64,000 nt of DNA from Alphaproteobacteria bacterium (GCA_963667785.2 CAXXMU010000005.1:384001-448000); one strand, 5' to 3'. Counted from the first letter of the stretch, positions 28,177 to 42,700 are shown. The notes: generated from the sequence alone by a model not told the origin. Numbers and translations: made by a program.

Positions 28177-28770
28177 ATGAAGGCGCCCTTCCCGCTGTCG
28201 CTGCTGCTCCCCATCGCCGCGATGATGGCGGTGATCGGCGTCTCCAACGTCGCCGTCCAGCACGCGATCAACGATTGGCTGACCTGGGGCGCCTTCACCT
28301 ATCCGCTCGCCTTCCTGGTGACCGACCTCACCAACCGGGCGTGGGGGCCGGGGCGGGCGCGCACGGTGGCCTATGTGGGCTTCCCCTTCGGAATCGGGCT
28401 TTCCATCCTGCTCGCGGTGGCGGCGGACATTCCGCTTTGGGACGGCGTGCGCGTGGCGCTGGCGTCCGGCTTCGCTTTCATCTGCGCGCAGCTCTTCGAC
28501 ATCGCGCTGTTCCACCGGCTGAGGCGCGGGCTCTGGTGGCGGGCGCCTCTGGTCTCGTCGCTCTCGGCATCGGCGCTGGATACCGCGATCTTCTTCAGCG
28601 CGGCCTTCGCGCTGACCGGCCTGCCGTGGGTGACGTGGGCGCTCGGCGATTTCGCGATCAAGGTGGGCATGGCGGCCTTCCTGCTGATCCCCTTCAGGCT
28701 GCTGATGCCCTGGATCGTGCCTTCCCTCTACGGCGACGCGCGGGCGGGCGCGCGCCATGCAGACCTCTGA
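28177..28770 (+). CDS. VUT/YhhQ-family (queuosine precursor) transporter
   Basis: LTWGAFTYPLAFLVTDLTNR, AQLFDIALF and DTAIFF motifs. Confidence 0.88.
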   Translation: MKAPFPLSLLLPIAAMMAVIGVSNVAVQHAINDWLTWGAFTYPLAFLVTDLTNRAWGPGRARTVAYVGFPFGIGLSILLAVAADIPLWDGVRVALASGFAFICAQLFDIALFHRLRRGLWWRAPLVSSLSASALDTAIFFSAAFALTGLPWVTWALGDFAIKVGMAAFLLIPFRLLMPWIVPSLYGDARAGARHADL

Positions 28771-28792
28771 CGCTAAGTGAGACGATAAACCC

Positions 28793-29440
28793 ATGAGCGA
28801 GAACCCCTTTCCCAACCTCCACCTGGTCGACCATCCGCTGGTCCAGCACAAGCTGAGCCACCTGCGCGACAAGACGACGTGGACCCCGCTCTTTCGCGCG
28901 CTCCTGCGCGAGATCGCGCTGCTCATCGGCTACGAGATCACGCGCGGCCTGCCGATGGATTCGCGGACCATCGAGACGCCGCTCACGGCGATGGAAGCGC
29001 CCTTCCTGCGCGGCCGGAAGCCCGCGATCGTGCCCATCCTGCGGGCCGGCCTCGGCATGGCGGAGGGGCTGGCCGAGCTCCTGCCGACCGCGCCGCTCGG
29101 CCATATCGGGCTCTACCGCGACCCCGAGACCCATCGCCCGGTCGAGTACTACGTGCGGCTGCCGGCGGATACCGACCGCCTCTTCATCCTGGTGGACCCG
29201 ATGCTCGCCACCGGCTACTCCGCGTCCTACGCGGTCGATCTGCTCAACCGGAACGGCATCGACGACAGGAACGTGCGCTTCATGGCCATGGTGGCGTCGC
29301 CCGAGGGCATGCGCGCCTTCAACGAGAAGCACGCGCGCGTCGAGGTGTGGGCGGCCTCCCTCGACGAGTGCCTGAACGAGAAGGCCTACATCGTGCCGGG
29401 GCTGGGCGACGCCGGCGACCGGCTCTTCGGCACGGATTAG
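28793..29440 (+). CDS. upp: Uracil phosphoribosyltransferase
   Basis: [21 protein letters not shown] and [12 protein letters not shown] motifs. Confidence 0.96.
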   Translation: MSENPFPNLHLVDHPLVQHKLSHLRDKTTWTPLFRALLREIALLIGYEITRGLPMDSRTIETPLTAMEAPFLRGRKPAIVPILRAGLGMAEGLAELLPTAPLGHIGLYRDPETHRPVEYYVRLPADTDRLFILVDPMLATGYSASYAVDLLNRNGIDDRNVRFMAMVASPEGMRAFNEKHARVEVWAASLDECLNEKAYIVPGLGDAGDRLFGTD

Positions 29441-29569
29441 AGTCTTTTTCGCTCACGGCAGCCGGCCGTCCCGCGATTCCGCGTGCCTGCCGGCGCCTGC
29501 ACGGGCGCGCCGCATAAGCGGCGGGCCGCGGTCGCGGCCTGTCGCGAGCCCGTCAATGACGGCCTCGCT
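29437..29569 (-). repeat. Dispersed structured intergenic repeat, copy 3 (inverted)
   Basis: Reverse complement matches copy 1 exactly over TTGACGGGCTCGCGACAGGCCGCGA (25 nt) and carries both shared cores (29449-29467, 29507-29523). Confidence 0.85.
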
Positions 29570-29579
29570 CCCGCGTCAG

Positions 29580-30494
29580 TCAGTTTGCCGCCGTGCGCTT
29601 CTCCCGCGAGTCCAGGTAGGGCGTGATCCGGCCGCCGAGGGTCTGGCCGGTTAGCTCCTCGGCGATGGTCACGGCCTTGCGCAGGCCGGCCACGTCGATG
29701 CCGGTCTCGAAGCCGGCCCCGTTCGCCATGAACACGAGGTCTTCGGTAGCGAGGTTGCCGGTGGCGCCGGGCGCGAAGGGGCAGCCGCCGAGGCCGCCGA
29801 TGGAGCTGTCGAACTTGCGGATCCCGCACTCGATGGCGACCCAGGTGAGCGTGAGCCCCATCGCGCGCGTGTCGTGGAAGTGGCCGGCGAGCCGCTCCGG
29901 CCCGTAGCGCCGGGCGAGCGTCTCGAAGAGGTGGACCATCTGCGGCGGGGTGCCGGCGCCGGTCGAATCGCCCAGCGCGAGCTCGTCGGCGCCCGCGTCG
30001 AACATGCGCGCGGCCAGATCGAACACCGTCTCGGGCGGAACCACGCCCTCGTAGGGGCAGGCGGCGACCACCGAGAGGTAGGAGCGAGCGCGGATGCCGT
30101 CCGCCTTGGCCCGCGCGATCACCGCCTGGTTGACCCTGATCGCCTCTTCCAGCGTCATGTTGATGTTGCGCCGGTTGAAGGCGTCGGTGGCGGCGAGCAC
30201 CAGGGCCACCGTGGTGGCGCCGGCCTCCACCGCGCGCTCGTAGCCCTTCTCGTTGGGCACCAGCGCCTCGTAGCCCACGCCGCGATCCTGCGGCAGACGG
30301 GCATAGACCTCGGCCGCGTCCGCCATCTGCGGCACCGCCTTCGGCGAGACGAAGCTCGCCGCCTCGACGGAGCGCAGGCCCGCATCCAGCAGCGCGTCCA
30401 GGAGGCGCAGCTTGCCCTCGGTGGGTACGACGCGCGGCTGGTTCTGGAGCCCGTCGCGGAGCCCCACCTCGTGCACGGTGATGGCGTCACTCAT
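29580..30494 (-). CDS. Hydroxymethylglutaryl-CoA lyase family protein
   Basis: EVGLRDGLQ, FVSPKAVPQMAD, HFHDT and GGLGGCPFAPGATGN motifs. Confidence 0.9.
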   Translation of the reverse strand: MSDAITVHEVGLRDGLQNQPRVVPTEGKLRLLDALLDAGLRSVEAASFVSPKAVPQMADAAEVYARLPQDRGVGYEALVPNEKGYERAVEAGATTVALVLAATDAFNRRNINMTLEEAIRVNQAVIARAKADGIRARSYLSVVAACPYEGVVPPETVFDLAARMFDAGADELALGDSTGAGTPPQMVHLFETLARRYGPERLAGHFHDTRAMGLTLTWVAIECGIRKFDSSIGGLGGCPFAPGATGNLATEDLVFMANGAGFETGIDVAGLRKAVTIAEELTGQTLGGRITPYLDSREKRTAAN

Positions 30495-30524
30495 CGCTCG
30501 TTTCCCTGCGCTTGCGGAGCGGGA

Positions 30525-31724
30525 TCAGGCTATCACGCCGGCCGTGCGAAGACCCGCGAGCTGGTTCGCGTCCTTGCCGCAGAGGCGGGCCAGCACCTCG
30601 TCCGTATGCTGGCCGAGGAGCGGCGGCGGCTCGTAGCTCTCGCCCGGGGTCGCGCTCAGCTTGATCGGGTTGCCGGTGGTGCGGAAGGAGCCGCCCTCGG
30701 GATGCGCGATGTCGACCACCATGTCGCGCGCCTGCACCTGCACGTCGGCGAGCGCACGAGCCACGTCGTTGACCGGCCCGCAGGGGACGCGGGCGGCGCG
30801 CAGCCGCTCGAGCCATTCGTCGCAGCCGTGCGCCCCGAGCGCTTCCGTGATCGCGCCGTCCACCGCCTCGCGGTGCTCGCACCGGCCCTCGTAGCCGTCG
30901 AAGCGCGCATCCTGGAGCGCAGGCGAGGCCAGCACCTCCCTGAGCCGCGCCCACTGGTCGTCCTTCACCACCGCGATGATCAGCCACCTGTCCCTGGTCG
31001 GGAACGCATTGTAGGGGACATAGATCGGATGCGCGTTGCCGAACTGGCGCGGTACCTCGCCGGAGAGGAGCTGCATCGCGGCGATGTAGCTCAAGAGCGA
31101 GACCTGGCAGTCCTGCATGGAGAGGTCGATGTGCTGGCCCTGGCCGGTCACCTCGCGCGCGTGCAGCGCCGCCAGCATGGCGACGGCGCCGAAGAGCCCG
31201 CTGGAGAGATCGCCCATGGGCACGCCGGCGCGGATCGGCGGGCCGCCCGCCTCGCCGGTGATCGACATGCCGCCGCCGTAGCCCTGGGACACCACGTCGA
31301 AGGCGGTGCGGTCGCAGTCGGGGCCGGCCTCGCCGAAGCCGGTGATGCTGCAGGTGACGATGCGCGGGTTGATGGCGGCGAGCGTCGCGTGGTCGACCTC
31401 CAGCCGCTCGGGCACGCCGGGGCGGAAATTGTTGACGACGATATCCGCCGCCGCCGCGAGCTCGTGGAAAAGAGCGCGGCCCTCCGCCTGCTTGAGGTCG
31501 ATGCAGACGCTCTTCTTGTTGCGGTTGAGTGTGCGGAAGTAGGGCCCCATGCCCTTGTAGGCGTAGCGGGGGTCGTCGGCGAGCAGGCCGCGGGTCATCT
31601 CGCCGCCGTCGGGCGGCTCCACCTTGATCGTCTGGGCGCCGAGGTCGGCCAGCAGCATGGTGGCGAAGGGACCCGACAGCATGTGCGTCAGGTCGAGCAT
31701 CACGATGTCCGAGAGGGCCTTCAT
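30525..31724 (-). CDS. Family III CoA-transferase (CaiB/BaiF)
   Basis: SGPFATMLLADLGA, NRNKKS, NFRPG and AFDVVSQ (catalytic Asp) motifs. Confidence 0.92.
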   Translation of the reverse strand: MKALSDIVMLDLTHMLSGPFATMLLADLGAQTIKVEPPDGGEMTRGLLADDPRYAYKGMGPYFRTLNRNKKSVCIDLKQAEGRALFHELAAAADIVVNNFRPGVPERLEVDHATLAAINPRIVTCSITGFGEAGPDCDRTAFDVVSQGYGGGMSITGEAGGPPIRAGVPMGDLSSGLFGAVAMLAALHAREVTGQGQHIDLSMQDCQVSLLSYIAAMQLLSGEVPRQFGNAHPIYVPYNAFPTRDRWLIIAVVKDDQWARLREVLASPALQDARFDGYEGRCEHREAVDGAITEALGAHGCDEWLERLRAARVPCGPVNDVARALADVQVQARDMVVDIAHPEGGSFRTTGNPIKLSATPGESYEPPPLLGQHTDEVLARLCGKDANQLAGLRTAGVIA

Positions 31725-31980
31725 CGGGTCGGCAGGTGTCCGGCGGCGGGAGGGGGGCACACTCTATGGCCCGCGCCCGCGGCCGGTCAATGCGGCCGGA
31801 CCATTCATTTTCCTCAACGGCGGGCGCTCGCATCGCGCGCCCCTGCGCGCGTGGACGCGCGACGCTCGCTTGCCTACGCGCTGACGCGCGCGGCGCAGTC
31901 GCGCCGTCCGGGCCTGCGGCCCGCCGGGCGCGGCCGCCTCGTGATACCATCGCCGCCCGGGCAAAGAGAGGGAGGCGAGC

Positions 31981-32949
31981 ATGGCGGCGAAGGCGGTCGG
32001 CTGGGGCATGATCGGCACGCGGGGCTGGAGCGACATGATCCTCGGGCCCGCGGTGAACGCGGCGCGGGGCGCCCGGCTCAGGGCCGTGCTGTCATCGACG
32101 GCGGAGAATGCCGCGCGCTACTGCGTGAGCCACGGGGTGGCGCGGGGCTATTCGGATATCGATGCCTTCCTCGCCGATCCCGCCATCGACGTGGTGTGGA
32201 TCGCGAGCCCCAACCACCTGCACAAGGCGCAGGCGATCGCGGCGCTCAAGGCCGGCAAGCACGTGCTCTGCGAGAAGCCCATGGCGATGAGCCAGGCCGA
32301 GTGCCGGGCCATGATCCGCGCCGCCGGGAAGGCAGACCGCCTGCTCACCATCGGCTACAACAGCCGCCACCACCCCAGGTTGAGAACGCTCCGCGAGCAG
32401 TGGCAGGCAGGCCGCTTCGGCGCGCCGGTGCGCATGCACGGCCAGTTCCACTACCGCTATCCGCACGTGCCGGACGACTGGTGGCGGCTCGACGACGAGA
32501 CGTCGGGCTGCTGGGTTCTGGGCGACGTCGGTACCCACTTCATCGACCTCCTGCGCTGGTTCAACGGCGAGGCGAAGACGGTCCACGCCCACCTCTCGAA
32601 CAAGGCCTACGGCCGCTCGGCCGATACCGCCTTCCTCTCGATCGGCTTCGCCAACGGCACGCTGGGCACCATCTCGGCCTCGGTGGCCGTCACCTCCGGC
32701 GGCGGCATCGAGCTCCTCGGCAGCGAGGGCCACTGCCGGATCGATGGCGGCTTCGTCGGGCTCCCCGGCTCCATCACCACCGTGCGCCGCGGGGGCGCGC
32801 CGCGCACCGTCCCGCTCGCGGGCTACGATACCTACAAGGCCCAGGTGGAGAACGTCAGCCGCGCCGTTGCCCGGGGCACGCCGCTCGCCGTGAGCGCGGA
32901 CGACGGTCTCGCCAACGTCCGCGTCATCGAGCAGGCCCGCGGCTGGTAA
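31981..32949 (+). CDS. Gfo/Idh/MocA-family oxidoreductase
   Basis: IASPNHLH, GKHVLCEKPMA and DVGTHFID motifs. Confidence 0.9.
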   Translation: MAAKAVGWGMIGTRGWSDMILGPAVNAARGARLRAVLSSTAENAARYCVSHGVARGYSDIDAFLADPAIDVVWIASPNHLHKAQAIAALKAGKHVLCEKPMAMSQAECRAMIRAAGKADRLLTIGYNSRHHPRLRTLREQWQAGRFGAPVRMHGQFHYRYPHVPDDWWRLDDETSGCWVLGDVGTHFIDLLRWFNGEAKTVHAHLSNKAYGRSADTAFLSIGFANGTLGTISASVAVTSGGGIELLGSEGHCRIDGGFVGLPGSITTVRRGGAPRTVPLAGYDTYKAQVENVSRAVARGTPLAVSADDGLANVRVIEQARGW

Positions 32950-32985
32950 CGGCTGCGGCCGCCTCTTGCGCCACCTCCACGGCGA

Positions 32986-33046
32986 CGGGCGCTGATCTCA
33001 CAGGTGAAGATCTTCGACGTCACCGCCCTCCTCTCGATGGAGGAGA

Positions 33047-33075
<29 letters not shown>
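32986..33075 (+). pseudogene. 3'-terminal remnant of an Lrp/AsnC-family regulator gene
   Basis: Translates [29 protein letters not shown]-stop, resembling the Lrp/DecR-type C-terminus; no start codon or HTH upstream (in-frame TAA at 32947). Confidence 0.65.
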
Positions 33076-36871
<3,796 letters not shown>

Positions 36872-37223
36872 GCCCCACCCCCGTGGCCCGCCGCACGAAA
36901 ATACCCGCCGCGGCTTGAGCGGGGCGGGCCCAACGCTTTAGCCGCATTTGTAAAGCGCCCGCAAGCTGTCGCTCAAATCGGCGCTGTAGCGTGCATGATG
37001 GGTTGGATGCGGATTGCGGTCAAGGGCCGGGAATGACGTGCGGTCGCGAACACGAGACGGCTTGGGCCTGCGCGTCGGAAGACGGATGGGCCGCGTTCCC
37101 TAGAAGACATGTTGTTCGGCGCGCTGATCGGAGGCCAATCGGCCCGGCAACGTGTCGATTCTCCATCACGCTTGCGTGTCGGCGTTCAGACCGTTGGCAC
37201 ACAAAGTCAGGAATTTGAGCTTT

Positions 37224-37270
37224 CTTGCAATGGTGTGATAAGTGGCTGAAACTAAGTTAGTTATTGCAAG
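37224..37270. promoter_or_regulatory. AT-rich palindromic operator candidate upstream of the GS-like operon
   Basis: AACTAA-G-TTAGTT at 37250-37262, enclosed by the CTTGCAAT (37224)...ATTGCAAG (37263) inverted repeat. Confidence 0.5.
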
Positions 37271-37285
37271 CGGCGCTGGTCAGCC

Positions 37286-38626
37286 ATGTCGGATTCCGGC
37301 ACAACACTGAACGTGACCTCGGGCGAGCTGATCTTTCTGGTCTGGAACGACCTCGTCGGGCTATCGCGCACCCGCGGTGTGCCGATCGCTGAGTACGAGC
37401 GCCGAAAGGCCCACGGGCTCGGCTGGGCGCTGGCGGGGCAGGCGATGACCCCGTTCGAAGACATCGCCGAGAACCCCTGGGGGCCGATGGACGAGGTGCG
37501 CCAGACGCCCGATGACGGCACACGACGGCGTATCGTGCTGCGGCCCGAGCATCCGCCCCTTCATCTCGTGCTGTGCGACAGCCTCAACCCGGACGGGAGC
37601 CCCTGGGAGTGCTGCACGCGGAGCTTCCTGGCGTCCGCCCTGGCGGATCTGAAGGCGGAAACCGGTCTCGACCTGCACATCGCCTACGAGAACGAGTTCG
37701 CGCTCTATGGCGAGGACATCCGCTGGGCGGCGCCGTTCTCGCTGGATGCGGTGCGCCGGATCGCACCGTTCGCCGATCTTTGCGTCGCGGCCCTGATCGA
37801 TGTCGGCGCCGGGATCGAGACCTTCGAGCCCGAGTATGGCGTGGGGCAGTTCGAGATCACCTGCGGGCCTGCGGTGGGCCTCGCGGGCGCGGATCGTCTC
37901 GTGCTGACCCGCGAAGTCGTGCACGAGGCTGCGCGCCAGTGCGGGCTGCGCGCGACGTTCTCTCCCAAGCCGGCCCCGGACGCGGTCGGCAACGGCTGCC
38001 ACCTTCATCTGAGCTTCTGGGACGACGACGACAGGGCGGCCGCCTACGACGCCGATGCGCCGGGAGAGCTCAGCGCGATTGCCGCGAGCTTCGTGGCGGG
38101 CGTTCAGCGCCACGTCGCGGCCCTCTGTGCCGTGACGGCGCCGAGCCCCATTTCCTATCTGCGCCTCGGCCCGCATCACTGGAGCTGCGGCTACGATATC
38201 GTCGGCGTGCAGAACCGCGAGGCCGCCATTCGCATCTGCCCGTCGCCGGCGGCCGATCCGGCGGACCGTGGTGAGGCCTTCAACATCGAGTTCCGCTTTA
38301 CCGATGCCACCGCGAGCCCCTATCTGGCTATCGGCGTGATCGTGCGCGCAGGTCTCCAGGGTATCCGCGACGAACTCCCGCGCCCGGCTCTGGTGGATGG
38401 AGAACCGGACGACCTGAGCGAAGACGAGAGAAGCGCGCAGGGCATCGGCAGGCTCCCCACCTCACTCGCGGAGGCGCTCGACGCGTTCGGCGAGGACGAG
38501 ACCGCGAAGGGCTGGTTCTCGCCCACCATGGTGCAAGCCTATACCGCGCTCAAGCGGCATGAACTGCGGCTCTACGCGGAGTCACGCGCCGAACGCATGT
38601 GCGAGAGGTACGCGCAGGTTTACTGA
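37286..38626 (+). CDS. Glutamine synthetase-like (gamma-glutamyl ligase) protein
   Basis: ENEF, EPEYGVGQFE, GNGCHLH, NREAAIR and NIEFR motifs; N-terminus diverged from true GlnA. Confidence 0.85.
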   Translation: MSDSGTTLNVTSGELIFLVWNDLVGLSRTRGVPIAEYERRKAHGLGWALAGQAMTPFEDIAENPWGPMDEVRQTPDDGTRRRIVLRPEHPPLHLVLCDSLNPDGSPWECCTRSFLASALADLKAETGLDLHIAYENEFALYGEDIRWAAPFSLDAVRRIAPFADLCVAALIDVGAGIETFEPEYGVGQFEITCGPAVGLAGADRLVLTREVVHEAARQCGLRATFSPKPAPDAVGNGCHLHLSFWDDDDRAAAYDADAPGELSAIAASFVAGVQRHVAALCAVTAPSPISYLRLGPHHWSCGYDIVGVQNREAAIRICPSPAADPADRGEAFNIEFRFTDATASPYLAIGVIVRAGLQGIRDELPRPALVDGEPDDLSEDERSAQGIGRLPTSLAEALDAFGEDETAKGWFSPTMVQAYTALKRHELRLYAESRAERMCERYAQVY

Positions 38627-38722
38627 CGGAACCGGGAATTCATGCTGGCCGTCGCGGTGCGGCCTCTCGGCGAGGTCCGACAGAGGCGGGCGACCCGGCC
38701 TCACGAAGGGGAGACGACAACC

Positions 38723-39409
38723 ATGAAGCGCAGCGAGATCGATGCCATTCCCCCGGAAGGCGACGTGTCGTTCAGGCAGCGGGCGGTCGAGCCTGAGCGA
38801 ACCGCTCTGCTCGTCGTCGACCTCCAGAAGGGCGAGTACAACGCGGAGAAGCGCGCAGAGAGCCCGAACCATCAGTACCTCCACGACCGCATCCGGGACG
38901 TCGTGATCCCGAACGGGCAACGCCTGATCGCCGCATGCCGCGGCGCAGGCATCGAGGTCATGTACACGGTGATCGAATGCCTCACGAAGGACGGTCGCGA
39001 CCGCGGCCTGGACTACAAAATTTCCGGCATCTTCGCCGCCAAGGGGTCCTGGGAAGCGGAGGTCATCGACGAGTTGCGGCCGGGCGACGACGACATCGTC
39101 ATCCCCAAGACCTCGTCCAGCCTGTTCAACTCGACCAACTGCGAATACGTGCTGCGCAACCTCGGCATCGAGTACGTGATGGTCATGGGAGTTCTCACGG
39201 ACCAGTGCGTCGAGACCGCCGTGCGCGATGGCTGCGACCGCGGCTTCCTCATGACCCTGGTCGACGACGGCTGCGCCACCGTTTCGGAGCAGCGGCACCG
39301 CGAGGCCCTGCACGGATTCAGGGGTTACTGCCGCGTCCGGACCACCGCCGAACTGCTCGAGGAACTGGAGCGCACGCACGCCACACGCCCGGCGGCGGTT
39401 TCGGCCTGA
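38723..39409 (+). CDS. Isochorismatase-family cysteine hydrolase
   Basis: LLVVDLQ, IPKTSSSLF and GVLTDQCVE (D-K-C triad); GGGGAG RBS. Confidence 0.9.
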   Translation: MKRSEIDAIPPEGDVSFRQRAVEPERTALLVVDLQKGEYNAEKRAESPNHQYLHDRIRDVVIPNGQRLIAACRGAGIEVMYTVIECLTKDGRDRGLDYKISGIFAAKGSWEAEVIDELRPGDDDIVIPKTSSSLFNSTNCEYVLRNLGIEYVMVMGVLTDQCVETAVRDGCDRGFLMTLVDDGCATVSEQRHREALHGFRGYCRVRTTAELLEELERTHATRPAAVSA

Positions 39410-39505
39410 GGCGCACCAGGTGCGCGGAGCCCCGGTGCTGTTGACCCCCATCCCCGGCCATGGAAGGGTCGCGCCCGTCCGAGACTTGCTGGGAGGCGGG
39501 CCGAG

Positions 39506-39745
39506 ATGAGCGGCAAGTGGGTTCCGTTTGACCTCGCCTGGTACGACACGCGGATCTTCAACTGCTCCTTCTGCGGCATCATGATGGCGCGGGAATACTG
39601 GGTGGACGACGAGTTTCCCGGCGAGATGTTCTGCGAGGACAAGTGCGCCGGCGTGAAGCGCAGGCTCCGGGCCGAGTTCGCCGCGGCGAAGGCCGAGGGC
39701 CGCGTCGAGGACGCGGGCCGCGCCGGGGAGAGCAACGATGTATAG
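39506..39745 (+). CDS. Small putative Zn-finger protein (CxxC-x19-CxxxC)
   Basis: CSFCG..FCEDKC; GGAGG RBS; GC-rich third codon positions; 8-bp overlap with the next start. Confidence 0.7.
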   Translation: MSGKWVPFDLAWYDTRIFNCSFCGIMMAREYWVDDEFPGEMFCEDKCAGVKRRLRAEFAAAKAEGRVEDAGRAGESNDV

Positions 39746-42700
39746 GGTCGGCATCGACACCGGCGGTACGTTCACCGACCTTGTGGCGCTGGACGACAGG
39801 AGCGGCTGTATCCGCACCGTCAAGGTCCCGTCGACGCCGCAGACGCCCGCCGCGGCCCCGCTCGCTGCCATCGACCAGAGCGCGCTCTCGCCGGACGAGA
39901 TCGGCCGCATCGTGCTCGGCACCACCATCGCCACCAACGCGCGCCTGCAGAAGAAGGGCGCGACCGTGCTCTATGTCGGCACCGACGGCGTGCAGGACGT
40001 GCCCGTCATCGGCATCATCGCCCGCAAGGAGGCCTACAACCCGGCCTGGGAGAAGCCCTCGGCAGGCGTGCTGCGCCGCCATGTCTTCGGCATCCGCGAG
40101 CGCGTCGACCACAAGGGCAACATCCTGATCGCGCTGGAGCGCCCGGAGCTCGAGCGCCTCGGCGACTGGATCGACGAATGGATCGCAAGCACGCCCGGCC
40201 GCGAGTGGGCGGTGGCGGTCAACCTGCTCTTCTCCTATGTCGACCCGCGTCACGAGGAGGCCATCGGCGCCTATCTGGCCGAGCGCTTTCCCGACCTGCC
40301 GGTCTCGCTCTCCTGCCGCGTCTGCCCGATCTGGCGCGAGTTCGAGCGGAGCGCCACGGTCATCACCGACGCCTTCATCAAGCGTATCATCGACCGCTTC
40401 GTGGGCCAGGTCTCGGCCGACCTCGCGGAGGCGGGGATCGGGGCGCCGCTTTCGCTGATGAAGTCGAACGGCGGCCACCTGCAGGCCGAGTCCGCAGGCG
40501 AGGTGCCGGTGCAGCTTCTGCTCTCCGGCCTCGCCGGCGGCGTCATCGCCGGCGCCCGCTTCGCCCGCGACCACGCGGACGGCAACGGCGTCACCCTCGA
40601 CATGGGGGGCACGAGCTGCGACGTGGGCCTCGTCACCGACGGCGCCTTCGGCTCCACAACCGAGTACGAGGTCGAATGGGGCGTGCCGGTGAGCGCGCTC
40701 TTCATCGACTACACCACCATCGGCGCGGGCGGCGGCTCGATCGCCCATGTCGATGCGGGCGGCCTGCTGCGCGTCGGCCCCCGCAGCGCCGGCGCCGACC
40801 CCGGCCCCGCCTGCTACGGCAAGGGCGGGACCGAGCCCACGGTCACCGACGCCAACGTGGTGCTCGGCCGGCTCGACCCCGATTACTTCCTCGGCGGCGA
40901 GATGTCGCTGGACGCCGCGAAGGCGCACGAGGCCGTGGCGGCGCTGGGGAGTACGCTCGGGCTGACGGCGGTGGAGACCGCGCGGGCGATCCTCGAGACG
41001 GCGGCCGAGAACATGGCGGACGCCATCCGGCTGATGACCGTCGAGCGCGGCATCGACCACCGCGACTATGCGCTGATCGCCTTCGGCGGCGCCGGCCCGC
41101 TGCACGCCGTCGACGTCGCGGCGCCGCTGGAGATGAAGAAGGTCGTCGTGCCGCCCCACCCGGGGCTCTGCTCGGCGCTCGGCACGCTGCTGACTGACCT
41201 GCGGGTCGACCGCGCGCGCACGGTCAACCACCGCTCCGACACGGTGGAACTCGCCCAGCTCAATGACCAGCTCCGCGCGCTCGCCCGCGAGGCGGTGGAG
41301 GAGCTCAGGCGCGACGGGCTGGAGGGCGAGGCGCGCGTCACCGGCTATATCAGCATGCGCTACATGGGGCAGAACTTCGGCGAGCTGGTGCAGCTCGACA
41401 CGCTCGAGCTCAACGCCGATTCGCTCGCCCGCGCGCTTGAAGGGCTGCACCGCCAGCACGAGGAGCTCTACGGCTACGCGCTGCGCGACAAGGTGGTCGA
41501 GATGACAGAGGTCCGGGTGATCGCCGTCGGCGAGGAACGCACCGACGCCCACCTCAGCGCGCCCGCCTCTGGCTCGGGCGAGGCGCACGCCCACCGCGAG
41601 GTCCACTTCGACGGCGAGGAGCCGCTGGAGACGCCGATCTACCGCCGCGCCGCGCTTGCCGCAGGCGCCGTGATCGCCGGGCCCGCGATCATCGACGAGA
41701 TGGATTCCACCACGCTGGTGCCGCCCCGGAGCGAGGTCGAGGTGGGCGCCGACGGCAGCCTCATCGTCAGCCTGCCGAGGGCTGCGAGCGAAGAGGGCGC
41801 CGCAGTCGGCACCGGGAGGCTCGCGCCGGAGAAGGACCCGGTCACGCTGACGGTGGTCAACAACGCGCTCGGCAACATCTGCAACGAGATGGAAAGCGCC
41901 ATGGTGCGCACCGCCTATTCGCCGATCTTCAGCGAATCGCGGGACTTCTCGTGCTGCCTGTTCGACCGGCGGCTGCGCATGGTGGGCCAGGCGGAGATGA
42001 ACCCGGCGATCATCTGCGCCGGACTGCACACGGTGCCGCTCTGCGTGAAGGAGATGGAGGAGCCGATCGAGCAGGGCGACGTGATCGTCCACAACGACCC
42101 CTACCGCGGCCAGTGCCACATGCCCGAACACTTGTTGATGAAGCCGGTCTTCGTCGACGGCACGCTCATCGGCTACGCCGCCAACATCGCCCATATCGCC
42201 GAGATCGGCGGCATGGCGGTGGGCTCCTTCGCCAGCACCGCCACCGAGGTGTTCCAGGAGGGGCTCCGGCTGCCGCCGGTGAAGCTGCTCTCGCGGGGCG
42301 AGTACGTGAAGGATGTCTGGCGCATCGCGCTCGCCAATCACCGCACCCCCAACACCACCTGGGGCGACTTCCACGCGATGATCGGCTCGCTGAATACCGC
42401 CGAGCAGCGGCTGAGCGCGCTGGTGAAGCGCCTGGGCGTGGACACCTTCGAGAAGATCTGCGACGCGCTGGTCGATCACGCCGAGAGCTGGATGCGGAAC
42501 GAGATCCGCAAGCTCCCCAACGGCATCTACAAGGCCGAGGACTACTTCGAGGACGACGGCGTCACCGCCCGGCGCTACTACTTCCGCCCCACCGTGCATA
42601 TCCGCGAGGAGGAGATCGTCGTCGATCTCTCGGAATCGGACGAGCAGGCGCGGGGGCCGATCAACGTCACCTACGTGGCGACCGCGGCCGCCGGCTGCAC

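Noticed and set aside
36872-37285. SAM or cobalamin riboswitch upstream of metH
   Set aside because: No recognisable riboswitch consensus by eye; an Rfam/Infernal scan would be needed to exclude it fully
37286-38626. True glnA, or gmaS partnering the mgd-like operon
   Set aside because: The N-terminus and motifs are diverged from GSI and do not look like GmaS/GlnT; it is 19 kb from the oxidase operon with no mgsABC
38627-38722. Guanidine-II (mini-ykkC) riboswitch before the isochorismatase gene
   Set aside because: Hairpins are present but lack the two clean GC stems capped by ACGR loops
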